64,000 bases of DNA from Mobula hypostoma (GCF_963921235.1 NC_086108.1:78866001-78930000); one strand, 5' to 3'; shown: positions 12,735-25,611, numbered from the stretch's first letter. Numbers and translations: made by a program. Notes: generated by a model not told the origin, from the sequence alone.

Positions 12735-14355
12735 ACTTCTCAGGAGGCTAAAGCAATTTGGCACGTCCCCGTCAACTCTTATTGATGTGCCATACAAAGC
12801 ATTCTGTCTGGATACTGAACAGCTTGGTATGGCAACTGCTCTGCATGTGACCGAAAGGAATTCCAGAGATGTAGACATAGCTCAGCACATCACAGGAACC
12901 AGCCTCCCCTCTACAGACTCCTGTCTATAGTTCCTGCTGCCTTTGTAAAACAGCCCGCATAATCAAAGACCCTACCAAACCCAGACATTCTCTAGCCTTC
13001 TATCTCCCATCAGGCAGAAAACTCAAAAACCTGAAAACACGTATCGATGGGCTAGAAGATAGCTTCTATCTCATTGTAATCAGACTCTTGAAAAGGCCTC
13101 TCATATGGAAATGATAGGCCTCACAATCAATCTTGTTATGATCCTGCACTGCTACAATTTTTCATTAGTTTTTACACTTAATTCGGCATTGCTGTTTTAC
13201 TTTAATCCAGCTCAATGCACTGTATAATGTAGCACTATAAACAGCATGCAAGACATGCTTTTCTCTGTAGACGTGACAATAATAAACCAATCCCGATGGA
13301 GGGATAAATTTTGGCAAAACCACCTTGGGAAATTCCCTTCTCCTCTTGAACACTTATTCTTTAAGAGCAACACAAAAGTCCAACAAAAGAAGCAATTTAA
13401 CAAAGCCAACAAACCGGGAGGCAATATGGAACAATTATTGTTTACTGGACGCAATCAAGTGAGATTATAAAAAGCAGTCTTTGAGAATCCGCTACCCGTG
13501 ACTCAATGGTTACTTTATCATCAGTGAATGAGAATTATGAGAATGTTGCTCAAAGGCAGGAGCACATAAATTATAGCAGCTCTTCAGCATGAAACGGATG
13601 GAGAAAAAGTAATAGATAGAGCCCAGTCCATCACAGGGAAATGCCTTCCCACCATTGAGCACATCTATACAGAGCGCAGCCGCAAGAAAGCAGCGTCCAT
13701 CATCACTGTCCTGGTCATGCTCCCTTCTCACAGCTGCCTTTGGGAAGAACACACGGGAGACTTGGGTTCCACACCGCCAGCTTTGTTTATTTAGTTAGCA
13801 ATACAGCACGGAGCAGGCCCTTCCAGCACAGCCACCCCGACTTAACCCTAGCCTACTCACGGGACAAGTTACAATGACCAACCAAGCTAGCCAGTATGTC
13901 TGGACAATGGGAGGAAACCAGAGCACCCGGGGAAAACGTAGAGGATACACAAACAAACTCCTTATAGGGGACGTCGGATTTGAAATCTGAACTCCCACAC
14001 CCCGAGCAAGAAGAACTTTGCACTAGCCAGTAAGATACCATGGTGCCCCACAGGTTCAGGAAAAGTTGTTATCCTTCAACCATGAAGCTCCTAAACCAGT
14101 GTGGATAACTTCACCCACCTCAACTCTGAACTGACTCCACAACCTATGGACTATACAGGTCATATTCCCAGTATTATTTATTTATTATTATTTTAGTATT
14201 TGCACAGTTTGCCTTTTGCACATTGGTTGTTTGTCAGTCTTTGTATAGTTTTTTTCATCAATTCCATTGCATTTCTTTGTTTTACTGTGAATGCCTGCAA
14301 GAAAATGAATGTCAGGGTAGTATATAGTAACATATATAAATTTACATTGAACTTT
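12735..14355 (+). mobile_element. Degraded Rex1-type 3' fragments with a SINE inserted at 13790-14050
   Basis: Similarity to the 27000-27360 RT C-terminal region and 3'UTR. Confidence 0.6.
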
Positions 14356-14719
14356 CAGAATAGCATCAGAGATATCAAACATGGACTTCTAAGATGGAAG
14401 GAAAAAAATCCAATGGCACTATTCAAAGAAAAACAATAAAGATTTTTTAATGATCACTCTCCCAAATGACATCATTAGACTTTGAGTACTTTCTGCACAA
14501 GTATCGGCTCTGTGTGGGTGGCTTCGTAATAATTACAACTCTGTAAACACCTAATTCAAGAGAAACAACTTTGTGAAGCTGTGAAAAGTGCTCTTGTCAC
14601 ACTAGTTCGATATTTCTGTTCTTTTGAGGAAACTGCCAGATAAACTGAAGACCTACTTTTTTGGAAAGAACAATCTGCACAAAAAAGTTACATTTTCCAA
14701 TGACGTAGGAATGAGAGTA

Positions 14720-15345
14720 GGCATAAAGAAGGCAAAACAGCGTCTATACTTTATTAGGCGTTTTAAAAGATTTGGCATGTCAATAAATACACTCAAAAAC
14801 TTCTATAGTTGTACTGTGGAGAGCATTCTGACAGGCTGCATCACTGTCTGGTATGGAGGAGCTACTGCACAGGACTGGAAGAAGCTGCAGAAGGTCGTAA
14901 ATCTAGTCAGCTCCATCTTGGGCACTAGCCTACAAAGTACCTAGGACACCTTTTAGGGAGTGGTGTCTCAGAAAGGCAGCGTCCATTATTAAGGACCTTC
15001 AACACCCAGGGCATGCCCTTTTCTCACTGTTACCATCAGGTAGGAGATACAGAAGCCTGAAGGCACACACTCAGCGGTTCAGGAACAGCTTCTTCCCCTC
15101 TGCCATCCGATTCCAAAATGGACATTGAAGCTTTGGACACTACCTCACCTTTTTTTAAAAATGTACAGAATTTCTGTTTTTACACATTTAAAAAAATCTA
15201 TTCAATATACGTAATTGATTTACTTGTTTATTTATTATGCTTTATTTTATTTATTATTATTTTTCTCTCTGCTAGATTATGTATTGCATTAAACTGCTGC
15301 TAAGTTAACAAATTTCATGTCACATATTGGTGATGATAAACCTTC
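14720..15345 (+). mobile_element. Rex1/Babar LINE 3' fragment
   Basis: KKAKQRLYFIRR...TVESILTGCITVWYG, with the same 3'UTR as 1743-1990, 32046-32515 and 41807-42165. Confidence 0.85.
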
Positions 15346-16935
15346 TGACTTGTCATATACTGTACACCATCTTGTACACTCACTGCAAGAGAGGAACTGT
15401 TATGCAAGGACAAGCTGCAATTGTGATCCTTTAGTTACTGCTACATGTCTTTCAGCAGCTGCAAAGGTTGTATCCATCCTCCTGTATAACCTGCAGTAAA
15501 TATTCAAGTGTAGCATCTCAAATAACATTCCTATCCAGCAAAGGAACTTCAGACAAATCAGAACAATTAAATGTCTTGCTTTCAATCTAATGCAGTCACT
15601 GTTAATTTTAGTAGAATGATTTACAATTGTCATTGCATCCTAAAGCTTTAGATTTATTCTTAACATTTCTATTTCCAGTATCACTCTCACATTCCTTTTA
15701 AAAATGTTAATTGATAAGTATAAAGTCAAAGTGCAAAGTTCAAAGTAAATTTATTATCGAAGTACATACGTCACCAGATACAACCTGAGATTCATTTTCC
15801 TTTGGGCAATCACAGTAAATACAAAAAATACAATAGTCAATGAAAGACCATCCCCAAAGGGGATAGACAATCAATGTGCAAAGGACAACAAAGTGTGCAA
15901 ATACAAGACAATGAAAAATAATAATAATATGGTTTTATTTAGCTTTAAACCTGCTAATTTACTGAATCATATGAAAATAGGGTATCAAATAAGAAACAAC
16001 CAAACAAATACCTTGACACACTTTCTATACATCGATGATTTAAAATCATACGCCCCTTCATCAGTAAAGCTAAAGCAATTAATTCAAATAATAGAACTAT
16101 TTTCAAAAGATATAAACATGAACTTTGGACTAGATAAGTGCAGAACATCAAACATAAAGAAAAATGCACTAGAACTAGTAGAATATAAAACAGAGCAGCA
16201 AGATACATTGCAATGAATGGATGAATATGAAACCTAAGCATCAGGGATATCAACAAGCAAAAAAATGGATCAGTGCAATAAAGGGAAAACTTTCAAAGGA
16301 ATTTAAGTCAAGGCTTAAGAAAATCTGCCAGAGATCAATAGTAAAAATATAACAAAGGCAATGAACACTTTCACTATACCCATATTAACATGTTCTTTTG
16401 GCATAATATCTTGGTCCAAAACCGATCTGGAACATTTACAAGGAAGAACTGAAATGACAAATTTTAGAAGGAGGAAGAAGAATAGCAGACATTAAAAAAA
16501 ATTACACAACAGTCAGAGAAAACTAACTATATATGTTCAACGAAAACAGGATTCAGCACCCTATGCAAGTACATGTAATTCTGATAAGAAATACACACCA
16601 CTAAACTTAAATGAAAGCACAACCCAGACAAATGAAGAAATTATCACTATAGAAGAAAAAATTAACCAGTGGATGACCATCTACAGAAGACATCCTCACA
16701 ATCTGAGCAGACTAGATGTCAAAGGAGCACTGAACGTCTGCCTCAGAGTTGGAGACCTCTTCCCAGAAAGAGGGTTTCCTTGTAGCAATAAAAAAGCAGG
16801 TAGCTAACACAAAAAAAAATTATCAAAGATACATAATAAAGGACCAACAAAATTCAAGACAATAAATGCAGAAAATGCCAAGAGAAACCAGAAACAATCC
16901 AAAACATTACACTATCCTGCGGCAGTTTAACTCAA

Positions 16936-18154
16936 ATCACAAACAAGATAAAATCTACAAATTCTGAGCAACACACACAAAATGCCGGAGGAACTCAGCA
17001 GGTCAGGTAGCATCTATGGAAAAAAGTACAGTCGATGCTCAGGAGTGGAGGAAAAAAGCTGAGGAGGAGACTTGAAAGTGGGGGGGAGGGGAGAGAGAAA
17101 CGCCAGGCGATAGGTGAAACTTAGAGGGGGAGGGATGAAGCAAAGAGCTAGGAAGTTGATTAGTGAAAGAGACAGAAGGTCATAGAAGAAAGAAAAAAGG
17201 AAGGGCGGGAGGGTGGTGAGGGCCCCAGAGAGAGGCGATGGGTGGGCAAGGAGATAACATGAGAGAGGGACATGGTGATGTGAAATGGTGAAGTGGAGGG
17301 GGATGGAGGCATTACCTAGCACCCCACCAGCCTCCACGTCCAGCACATAATTCTCCGAAACTTCCACCACCTCCAACTGGATCCCACCACCAAACACATC
17401 TTTCCAGTTTCTGCTTTTCATGTAGGAATTGCTCCCTACATGGATCCCTTCTCCAATTGTCCCTCCCCACTGATCTTCCTCTGGCAGGGCCCCAAACAGT
17501 TCTTCCAGGTGAGGCGACACTTTACCTGTGAGCCATATACTGTGTTCAGTACTCCCAGTGTGGCCTATTGTACATCGGCGAAACCCGACGTAGATTGGGA
17601 GACCGCTTCGCTGAGCATCTACGCTCCGTCTGCCAGAATAACAGGGATCTCCCAGTGCCCACCCATTTTAATTCCACTTCCCATTCCTATTCTGATATGT
17701 CCATCCATGGCCTCCTCCACCGTCGGGATAAGGCCACACTTAGGTGAGAGGAACAACACCTTATATTCCATTTGGGTAGCCTCCAACCTGATGGCATGAA
17801 CATCGATTTCTCAAACTTCCAGTAATGCCTCCATCCCCTTGTCCCTCTCTCATGTTATCTTCTTGCCCACCCACCGCCTCTTCTGGTGCTCCTCATCCCC
17901 CCCCCCTTTCTTCTTTCTTCCATGGCCTTCTGCCTCTTTCACCAATCAACTTCCTAGCTCTTTCCTTCATCCCTCCCATTCCACGTTTCACCTATTGCCT
18001 GGCATTTCTCTCTCCTCTCTCCCCACCTTTCAAATCTACTCCTCAGCTTTTTTTTCTCCTCCAGTCCTGCCGAAGGGTTTCGGCCCAAGACGTCAATTGT
18101 ACTTTTTTTTTCCATAGATGCTGCTGAGTTCCTCCGGCATTTTGTGTGTGTTGC
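16936..18154. mobile_element. Inverted (tail-out) PLE insertion, second subfamily
   Basis: Minus arm to ~17315, then a plus copy with GIY-YIG and pLTR. TSD GCAGTTTAACTCAA at 16922-16935 and 18155-18168. Confidence 0.88.
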
Positions 18155-18535
18155 GCAGTTTAACTCAATCTGATCACTTACACAGGCACAATCAAGAAAC
18201 AAGCATCATTCACCAAAATCTTGCTTTAAATACAAACTCATAAAAAATACCATACCTTACTATAAATACAAGTCTGATCCAACTTTAGGGTCAGACTACT
18301 ACAAATTATATTACGACCAATCCACTATTACAGTAGGACAATCCATAATAACTGTTCTGATAAAATACTACAGGATAAACAAGCAAGAACAACTTAATAG
18401 CTATAGTCATTCCAAACACACACAACATACAGAAACCAATAAGTGAAAACAACAGAAATACAGTATGCTGAATTAAAAGAGGAAATTGAAAGACTATGGA
18501 ACATGAGCAGGGTTTACTTTGTCCCAGTAGTAATA

Positions 18536-19370
18536 CAGGTCCACAATCCCTTATCCGAAATTCTTGGGGCCAGTTGCATTTTGGAATTCAGAATTTTTCG
18601 GATTTCAGACCCCACCGCCCCCCCCCCACCACCTGGATACCAAAAAACAGGTATGCTCAAGTCCCTTATTTAACCTGTCTCAGTGGGGTGGACTTTAGGA
18701 CCCGGCGGCGCAACAAATCTACGCACATCCTCCTGTATACTTTAAATCATCTCTAGATTACTTATAATACCTAATACAATGTAAATACTATGTAAATAAT
18801 TGTTATACTGTATTGTTTAGGGAATAATGACAAGAAATTTTATTTCCAACAACAACATTCAATAAAACATAAAAATATACAGTTTCAAACGAACCAAATC
18901 AAACACATGGTAAATGACCTATTGGAATAAATGTAGAATGTCACAGTAAAACTTCAGAAACTTGTCTTTCTGTTTATTTAAATCATATACAGTGGTAGTT
19001 CCAACACTATTTTCTTCAGTAACACGCTGCAGACACACCACAATCAAGCTTCTGCAATAACTCCACTTTCTGCGCTACTGATAATGGTAGATGCTTCCTT
19101 CTCCTTTTCTCATTGTTACCCATAGGGGTATCTGCAGCTCTTTTTGACATTTTCACAGTGAAATTATCACAAAGTCAACAGCAAACACAAAATATCAGCA
19201 AACAGCAAATGCACGTGTAACCAGTACGAGTGCTGAGCCACAACTGAGGTCTGGCAGCCTCTGCTAGTGCTGCCACGTCACACCTGAGTGACATCAGCTG
19301 TTGGCGAAAAAAATTTCAGTTTTTGGAGCTTTTTGGATTTCAGAATTTTGGATAAAGGAATGTGCACCTG
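18536..19370 (-). mobile_element. Tigger4/Zombi-like pogo DNA transposon, internally deleted
   Basis: TA TSDs; TIRs CAGGTCCACAATCCCTTATCCGAAATTC / CAGGTGCACATTCCTTTATCCAAAATTC. Minus-strand transposase start at 19150, MSKRAADTPMGNNEKRRRKHLPLSVAQKVELLQKLD (CENP-B/Jerky-type HTH). Confidence 0.85.
18620..18836 (+). mobile_element. MER2/Tigger3-like internal segment nested in the Tigger4-like element
   Basis: GGATACCAAAA..ATGCTCAAGTCCCTTAT and CTACGCACATCCTCCTGTATACTTTAAATCATCTCTAGATTACTTATAATACCTAATACAATGTAAAT, recognised from memory as MER2-like. Confidence 0.7.
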
Positions 19371-19987
19371 TATCTACAACTGGTATCTTCCCAAAGTCCC
19401 TACACAATGGCAATAAACAATGACCTACACAGAAATATTTATGTAAATCTTCAGAAAGCCACAATGCCAAACACCACTAGGATAGTCCGAAAGTTCCTAG
19501 TAATTGAGAAATGAGTGTACTTGGGTATATCCATATCTCAGGTTTTATCGGTTGGAGCCAAGAAAAAATAAAACTAAAAATAAGAATAATAGGTAGGAAT
19601 TAATATCGAGAACATGAGATGGAGAGTCTTTATTAGTGAGTCCACAGGTTATGGGAATAGTTCAGTGACGAAGCAAGTGAAGATGAGTTAACTTATCCCT
19701 TCTCATTCAAGAGCCTGATGGTTGAGGGGTAATAACTGTTCCTGAAACTGGTGTGAGTTATGAGGCCTGGGTGGTGTGTGTCCTTGATGATGGATGTTGC
19801 TTTCCTGTAACAGCACTCCTTATAAATATGCTCAATGGTGAGGAGGGTTTTACCTGTGATGGACTGAGCTGTATCCACTACCTTTTGTAGGCTTTTTTAT
19901 TCAAGGGCACTCACTCAATCAACAAATGGCAGCCTTGCTTCTGAAGCTCAAATAATAATTAGCCATGATTCCTTAAAGTTGTTATAG

Positions 19988-20530
19988 CTGGGGCACAGTA
20001 GTGGGAATAAGCACCCACTATCCATTAAATGCTCCCAAAGGTGTGTGTTTCAAATAGCCTCTGCCAACCAGATCCAGCTCCTGGTCTTCATGTGTTGCTT
20101 AGCTATTATGCCCAGCAGAACCATTTCTTCTGACCAGAGAAGGGTCAATGGCGGGTTACTGGCACCTTAAAGCCAATCACTTCGGGCAGATGGGAATGTC
20201 AGCCGTGACTGGCAGCTCATATGGGAGAAGGAAAACTCTGACCTCAAACCGCCACTGCCTTGCTTCCAGAGTCAACACCAAGGAAACAATCTGGAGCTGG
20301 AATCTCTAAGGCAGTACTACATTGAGTTCAACGCAACTCCCACGACACCTATGGTGCCAAACTATAATTGGTCTTTGGCACTGCTTTGGGTTCATCAGTT
20401 GTATGGAGAGGGGGAGCCTGCCGCATGAGCACCAGCTTGCTCTCCATATCACACTGCCCTGGCTTGCGTATCATGTAGACAGCTAGGGGGCAACATCCAC
20501 TCAACAACTTGACCAGGGCTAGACCTCTGA
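19988..20530 (+). mobile_element. Non-coding ~550 bp interspersed repeat resembling an RTE-type LINE 5'UTR/SINE; copies at 53965-54540(+) and 63725-64000(-)
   Basis: Three mutually similar copies (e.g. CAAATAGCCTCT..CAACCA..CCAGCTCC..GG.CTTCA..TGTG.CTTAGCTA; AGAAGGAAAACTCTG). Confidence 0.65.
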
Positions 20531-21319
20531 GTTAACTGCAAACCTAGCTCTGACTCTTCAGACAATAAGTCTAAGCTCAAGTAAACATGACTAGATGTGA
20601 ACAGCATAAGCCACACTGATGATCACAACTGCGTTCTTCATATGCAGTGGACTCAGAGTTGAAAATGTCTTGCTTCCACTCCAGTTCCATGGGTCTGGGT
20701 GAACTCTTACGGCAGTGGGCGGCAGTTTCACAGCAGCAACCACCTGATCTTGAAGGAACGAGGACTGGTGCAGTGACAAGGAGGCCAGCATGCCTCCGCA
20801 CAGACATTGCTTGGTATCAGAGATGGCACAGGAGACAGAGCTTTGGTCACCGTGCATGCTGAATGACGCTGACCCCCGACAACCTGGGGGCCACAATCTG
20901 CTGACACCAGGCGAGCAGGTAAAAATTCTGCTGAGGACTTAGAAGCTTGGGAAATTTAGGCTAGTCTACAACCTTAGCTGGACTGGAGAGTGGTGGAGAT
21001 GCAGGGTGGGGCGGGGTGGGAAGTCGGGTAGGGAAATGAAACCTGCCCCTGAAATGGCAACTTTCTGTGGTCAGCCCATTCTGTGACAGCACCAGTGACG
21101 TGTAGAGGAATGGTAACAGAAGTGGGGATCACTTGGCAAAGGGAAGGAACCTGTATAACTTGAACAATATCAAGTCTGCAAGTGTGTGAGAGAGAACTAT
21201 TTTATCAAGTATCTGCAATAATGTGTGCCATCTGACATGCAAAAAACATGTTTCTGGGAGAAACCATTGTTCCCCACTAAATTGAAGGACACGCTATTTT
21301 GCAGCAACAGCAATATTAC

Positions 21320-22322
21320 CACTCCTCCCTCCATATCATCCTCAACACTGTGCCTCCAGGGTTCTACGGAGGAGCCCTTTGCTGTAAATGCTGCTCACAC
21401 ATGACTGCGCAGCCAAGCACGTAAGTAATCACATTTTCAAGTTCACCGATAACACTATAGTAGTGGGACTCATCACCAACAATGATGGGATGGCCTACAG
21501 AGAGGAGGTGGAAGAGCTTGAGGCCTGGTGCCAGGCAAATAATCTCTTCCTTGATGTCAACAAGACAAAGAAGATGGTTATCAACTAACGGAGAACCTGC
21601 AACATGTGCACTCATCTTTACACCAGCAGCACAGCAGTGGAAACTGCAAACACCTCCTGCAACCTGATATGGCCCCAGAACATATTCTACATAATCAGGA
21701 AACCAACACCTCGACTTTCTGAGGAGGCTGAAGAGAGCTAGACTATGCACATCTATACGCACATTATTCTACAGATGTACAGTAGAGAGCATCCTAACAC
21801 AATTGCATCACTGCACGGCACGGAAAATGCACTGTGGCAGAGAGGAAAGCTCTTCTACAGGTAGTCAAAACTGCCCAACGTATCAGTGGTGCCACCCCAC
21901 CCACCATCAAGAACATATATACAGAAGGGTACTGGGGAAGAGACTGTACCATCATGAAGGATCACAGCCTGCCTGCTCTCTCCCATCAGGGAGGCGACTA
22001 TGTGGCAGCCACACTAGGACCACTACTCAGAAACAGTAACTCTCCCCAAGCAGTGAGGCTGATCAACACCTCCAGCTACTAACCCACCCCTCCACAACCC
22101 CAAGCACTCAGGATTATCATTTCCTGTCAGTCACCTTATGTACAGATACTACTGTGCCTAGAGCCATCTTATGGGCATACTATCAGTGTATTTATATTTA
22201 TTGTGCTTTTTTAAAATTGTGTTCTTTATCTTATTGTGATTCTTTGTGCAGCATCAGATCTGGAGTAACAAATATTTTATTCTCCTTCACACTTGTACAA
22301 TGGAATTGAGATTAAAACAATT
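21320..22322 (+). mobile_element. Rex1/Babar LINE fragment
   Basis: THDCAAKHVSNHIFKFTDNT..VGLI...LDVNKTKKMVIN. Confidence 0.8.
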
Positions 22323-22337
22323 TTGAACTTAAATCTA

Positions 22338-22656
22338 AACAACAGGAATTCTGCAGATGCTGGAAATTCAAGCAACACACATAAAAGTTGCTGGTGAACG
22401 CAGCAGGCCAGGCAGCATCTCTAGGAAGAGGTGCAGTCGACGTTTCAGGCCGAGACCCTTCGTCAGGGCTAACCCCTCCTGTCTTCTCCTATCATTTTGG
22501 ATCTCCCCCTCCCCCTCCAACTTTCAAATCCCTTACTCACTCTTCCTTCAGTTAGTCCTGACGAAGGGTCTCGGCCTGAAACGTCGACTGCACCTCTTCC
22601 TACAGATGCTGCCTGGCCTGCTGCGTTCACCAGCAACTTTTGTGTGTGTTGCTTGA
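22338..22656. mobile_element. Short palindromic PLE pLTR insertion with two opposed hammerhead cores
   Basis: Inverted arms; TSD TTGAACTTAAATCTA at 22323-22337 and 22653-22667. Confidence 0.92.
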
Positions 22657-24198
22657 ACTTAAATCTATGCAGTTTACAAAGAGTCGACACAGACTCCATG
22701 AGGTGAATGACCATAACAATTCTACATATCATCCTGTCAAGACCTTTAACTTCCATTGATTGAACAACTCAAATTCCATGCTTTGTTACCCAAATTCCCA
22801 CTTCTTTTAAAAATCTGAGGTTTGGAAATTACATTCCACAACCACATTCTCTGAATGGAAACCACCAATGAATGCTATTTATATGCTCCTTCTCATGTAT
22901 TTTTTTAAAATCATTTTAAACTCAGACTGCAGTATGTAGAATGATATACAATATAAAAATGCTGAAGATGAAGGGGTGAGATATTACCAAGGTTTTGATA
23001 ACACTGAGTTCCAAACAACTTCCGAATAAAGCATATATTCAAAAATCATTAAATGTAAAACTGACAGTTTAACCTCTGACAATGTATAATTATCACTGTA
23101 TGACACTGTGTGAATGGATAATGAGCTACATTCAGCAGTCCTTTGCAGGTACATCATATAAATTGTGCTGCACACTACAATGTCACTATGAAATCACAGC
23201 TAAAAACTAAAGTTTTTGTACGGTCATTGAGGGTGAGCTGAATTGGGTCAAAGTCTGAGAACTGACTAATTCCCCAAGGCCATTGATATTGACAGGCTGA
23301 ATAATCACATCAGCACATAAAAAATGTATAGTGATGTTACCCGCTTGATAATACAGGCAGGTGAGGGAAATAACAAAAGTTGCAACCGCATACTGAAGCA
23401 GAATTTTTGTTCTCCTGAATCCTTGCCTTAGATACATGTCTATGATCCATAAATATAGTATAAATTGTAATGTTTTAAAAATGTGGTAAAATGCTGGAAT
23501 GTTGTATATTATATCCATAAATTTAGGAAAAGATGTAACATTAATGCTATTAAGTCCAGGACTACATTCTGTAAAGAATAGTAACTATTTCTCTACAAGG
23601 TAGTTTAAATCAAAGTCAATGGAAGTACCCACTAACACACTGCATGTCTTTTGCCTGCAACTGGGCAGTTTACTCCCTAACAATGTATGACTAACACTGT
23701 CTGGCACTCTGTAAATGGATACAAACTACATTCAATACTTCCTCTGTAAATATAAAGTATGTGATGTGCATCAAACTGTCACTTCAAGACTTCCATGGAA
23801 TTAGACTTTGAACACTGAAGCTGTTCACATGGTGTAAATAAAGTGATTCGGGGTGAGTCAGGATTGCTCAGCAGAAAATCAAAACTGATTGCCAGCTGGA
23901 CCCATTTTCAACGTAGCCACATCTGGAGGTGAAGGGAGGCATTAATTTTCCCGTGGATTGCTTAAAAATGCTAGTTGTTTCAAGCATTCTATAATGCTCT
24001 ACCAGTGGTAAAGATAAATGATGATGTCAAAACTTGAAAAGTACTGTTGCAGTTATAGCAGGGTATATAAGACAACAAACTTCTATTTCAACTACATATT
24101 TTGTTTCTTTTATGTCTGGAATCAGAACCTGGCAAAAGTAAGTGCAAGACAGAAGGAAAAAGTTTATTTAACATTGTAAACAGCTAAGATGGAAATAC

Positions 24199-24340
24199 GC
24201 AAACAACAGGAATTCTGCAGATGCTGGAAATTCAAGCAACACACATCAAAGTGTCCGAGACGAAGGGTCTCGGCCTGAAACGTCGACTGTACCTCTTCCT
24301 AGAGATGCTGCCTGGCCTGCTGCGTTCACCAGCAACTTTG
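24199..24340. mobile_element. Very short inverted PLE pLTR insertion
   Basis: TSD AAGATGGAAATAC at 24186-24198 and 24341-24353. Confidence 0.9.
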
Positions 24341-24352
24341 AAGATGGAAATA

Positions 24353-25450
24353 CAGTGGATTCCGGTTAATTGGGACCGATACATTTTGGCCCAATTAAGC
24401 GGCTGCCCCAATTAACCAAAGTTTTATGTAAATAGTTAAAAAGTGATCAAAAATACAAAACTATAGTTTAAAACTATAGAGTAACACATTATACATTTAA
24501 ATGAAATATGGAACAATTTAGAACACTACAAATTCTACTGCAGTACTATAAAATTGTATTAGTTTTGAATAGTTACCAACGAGGGAATTCATCCAGTGTA
24601 CCCCGTAGTACATGAGGATGCTTAGGGAGGGGTGCACCTCTGGTGAAGGTGCTTGTCCTGTCCATTCTGGGGCAGCTTACTCACCAGACACTCAGCTCTT
24701 AGCTGTGGCTCCAGGAGGTGTTCGCATGCAACACCCTGGACCACCATTTGGACAGGATGGCTAAACCACATGGGCTTCCAAGGTCGAGAGAGTGGAATTG
24801 TCCCAGTGGTTTTTTTTTCATTTTATAAAAACTCTCTTGCACAGGTTTCACATTCATCAATACATACACCAGGCAACCAACACGCTGCCTGGTTCTTCTG
24901 ATTGACTGTAAATGAACACAATAGAGCAGATAATGGACTGCCTACATGCAATCCTTTGATGACTGCATCCTCCAAATCTTCGGATTTTCATTGTAACATT
25001 CAATATGATTGCCAGTACCTTCAAATTTTTATAGTTCCTAACTTGATGAAATTGTGAAATTGTTTTATTTTCACTCCTGGATGTTTCTGGCATCTCTAAG
25101 CTTGAATACGTGAAACCACAGTGAGCAAACCAATTCGAACTGTCTTACGGATTATTTCTCGCCAAATATCAGTGACAAAAATCACTGCTTTTGAACACAA
25201 ACACACACAACTGACACTATTTAAAAACTGTTTATTCTGAGCATGTCTAACGACCACACAAGTTCATGCAACTGACACTCATAAGAAACTGTTTTGGCAA
25301 CAGTCTTCTGTCCCAAATAAGCAGTATAGTGTCCCAAATAAACAAAGGGAATTCTGGCTATTTTATCAACAGTTTTTTTGTTCTTTAAGAATTGTCCTAA
25401 ATAAGCAACTGCCCCGATTACCCCATGGACCAATTAACCAGAATCCACTG
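24353..25450. mobile_element. Non-autonomous Tigger/pogo-like DNA transposon with an unrelated GC-richer insert at ~24601-24808
   Basis: TIRs CAGTGGATTC(C/T)GGTTAATTGG at both ends; TA on the left, CA on the right. Confidence 0.75.
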
Positions 25451-25611
25451 CACTTTCAAATACACAGTAATCAAAGAATGAATCATCCTCATCAACAGGT
25501 GCCATGCCCATTTTGAGCTTTGACTGCCATGGCCCACACACTCCTGTTTCGGGTCAAGTGGATCAACTCATTTAATGAATACATTCAGTATTAAAAATCT
25601 GAACACTTTGA

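Larger units (their letters stand above)
15930..19565 (+). mobile_element. R4/Dong-clade non-LTR retrotransposon fragment (RT end, CCHC knuckle, restriction-like endonuclease), interrupted twice
   Basis: HFLYIDDLKSYA...FSKDINMNFGLDKC; KCRKCQEKPETIQNITLSC continuing after the PLE as DHLHRHNQ...IIHQNLA; YAELKEEIERLW..VPVVI | STTG; C-terminal QKA...RIVRKFL. Confidence 0.85.

Noticed and set aside
22357..22706. Repeated small ORFs (MLEIQATHIK..., ...SPDEGSRPETST...) as a peptide gene family
   Set aside because: They are incidental translations of the pLTR/hammerhead repeat on both strands.
23207..23518. Hydrophobic 103 aa ORF, and similar ORFs at 30410-30725 and 49178-49543
   Set aside because: AT-rich, with no recognisable domain or splice support; expected by chance.
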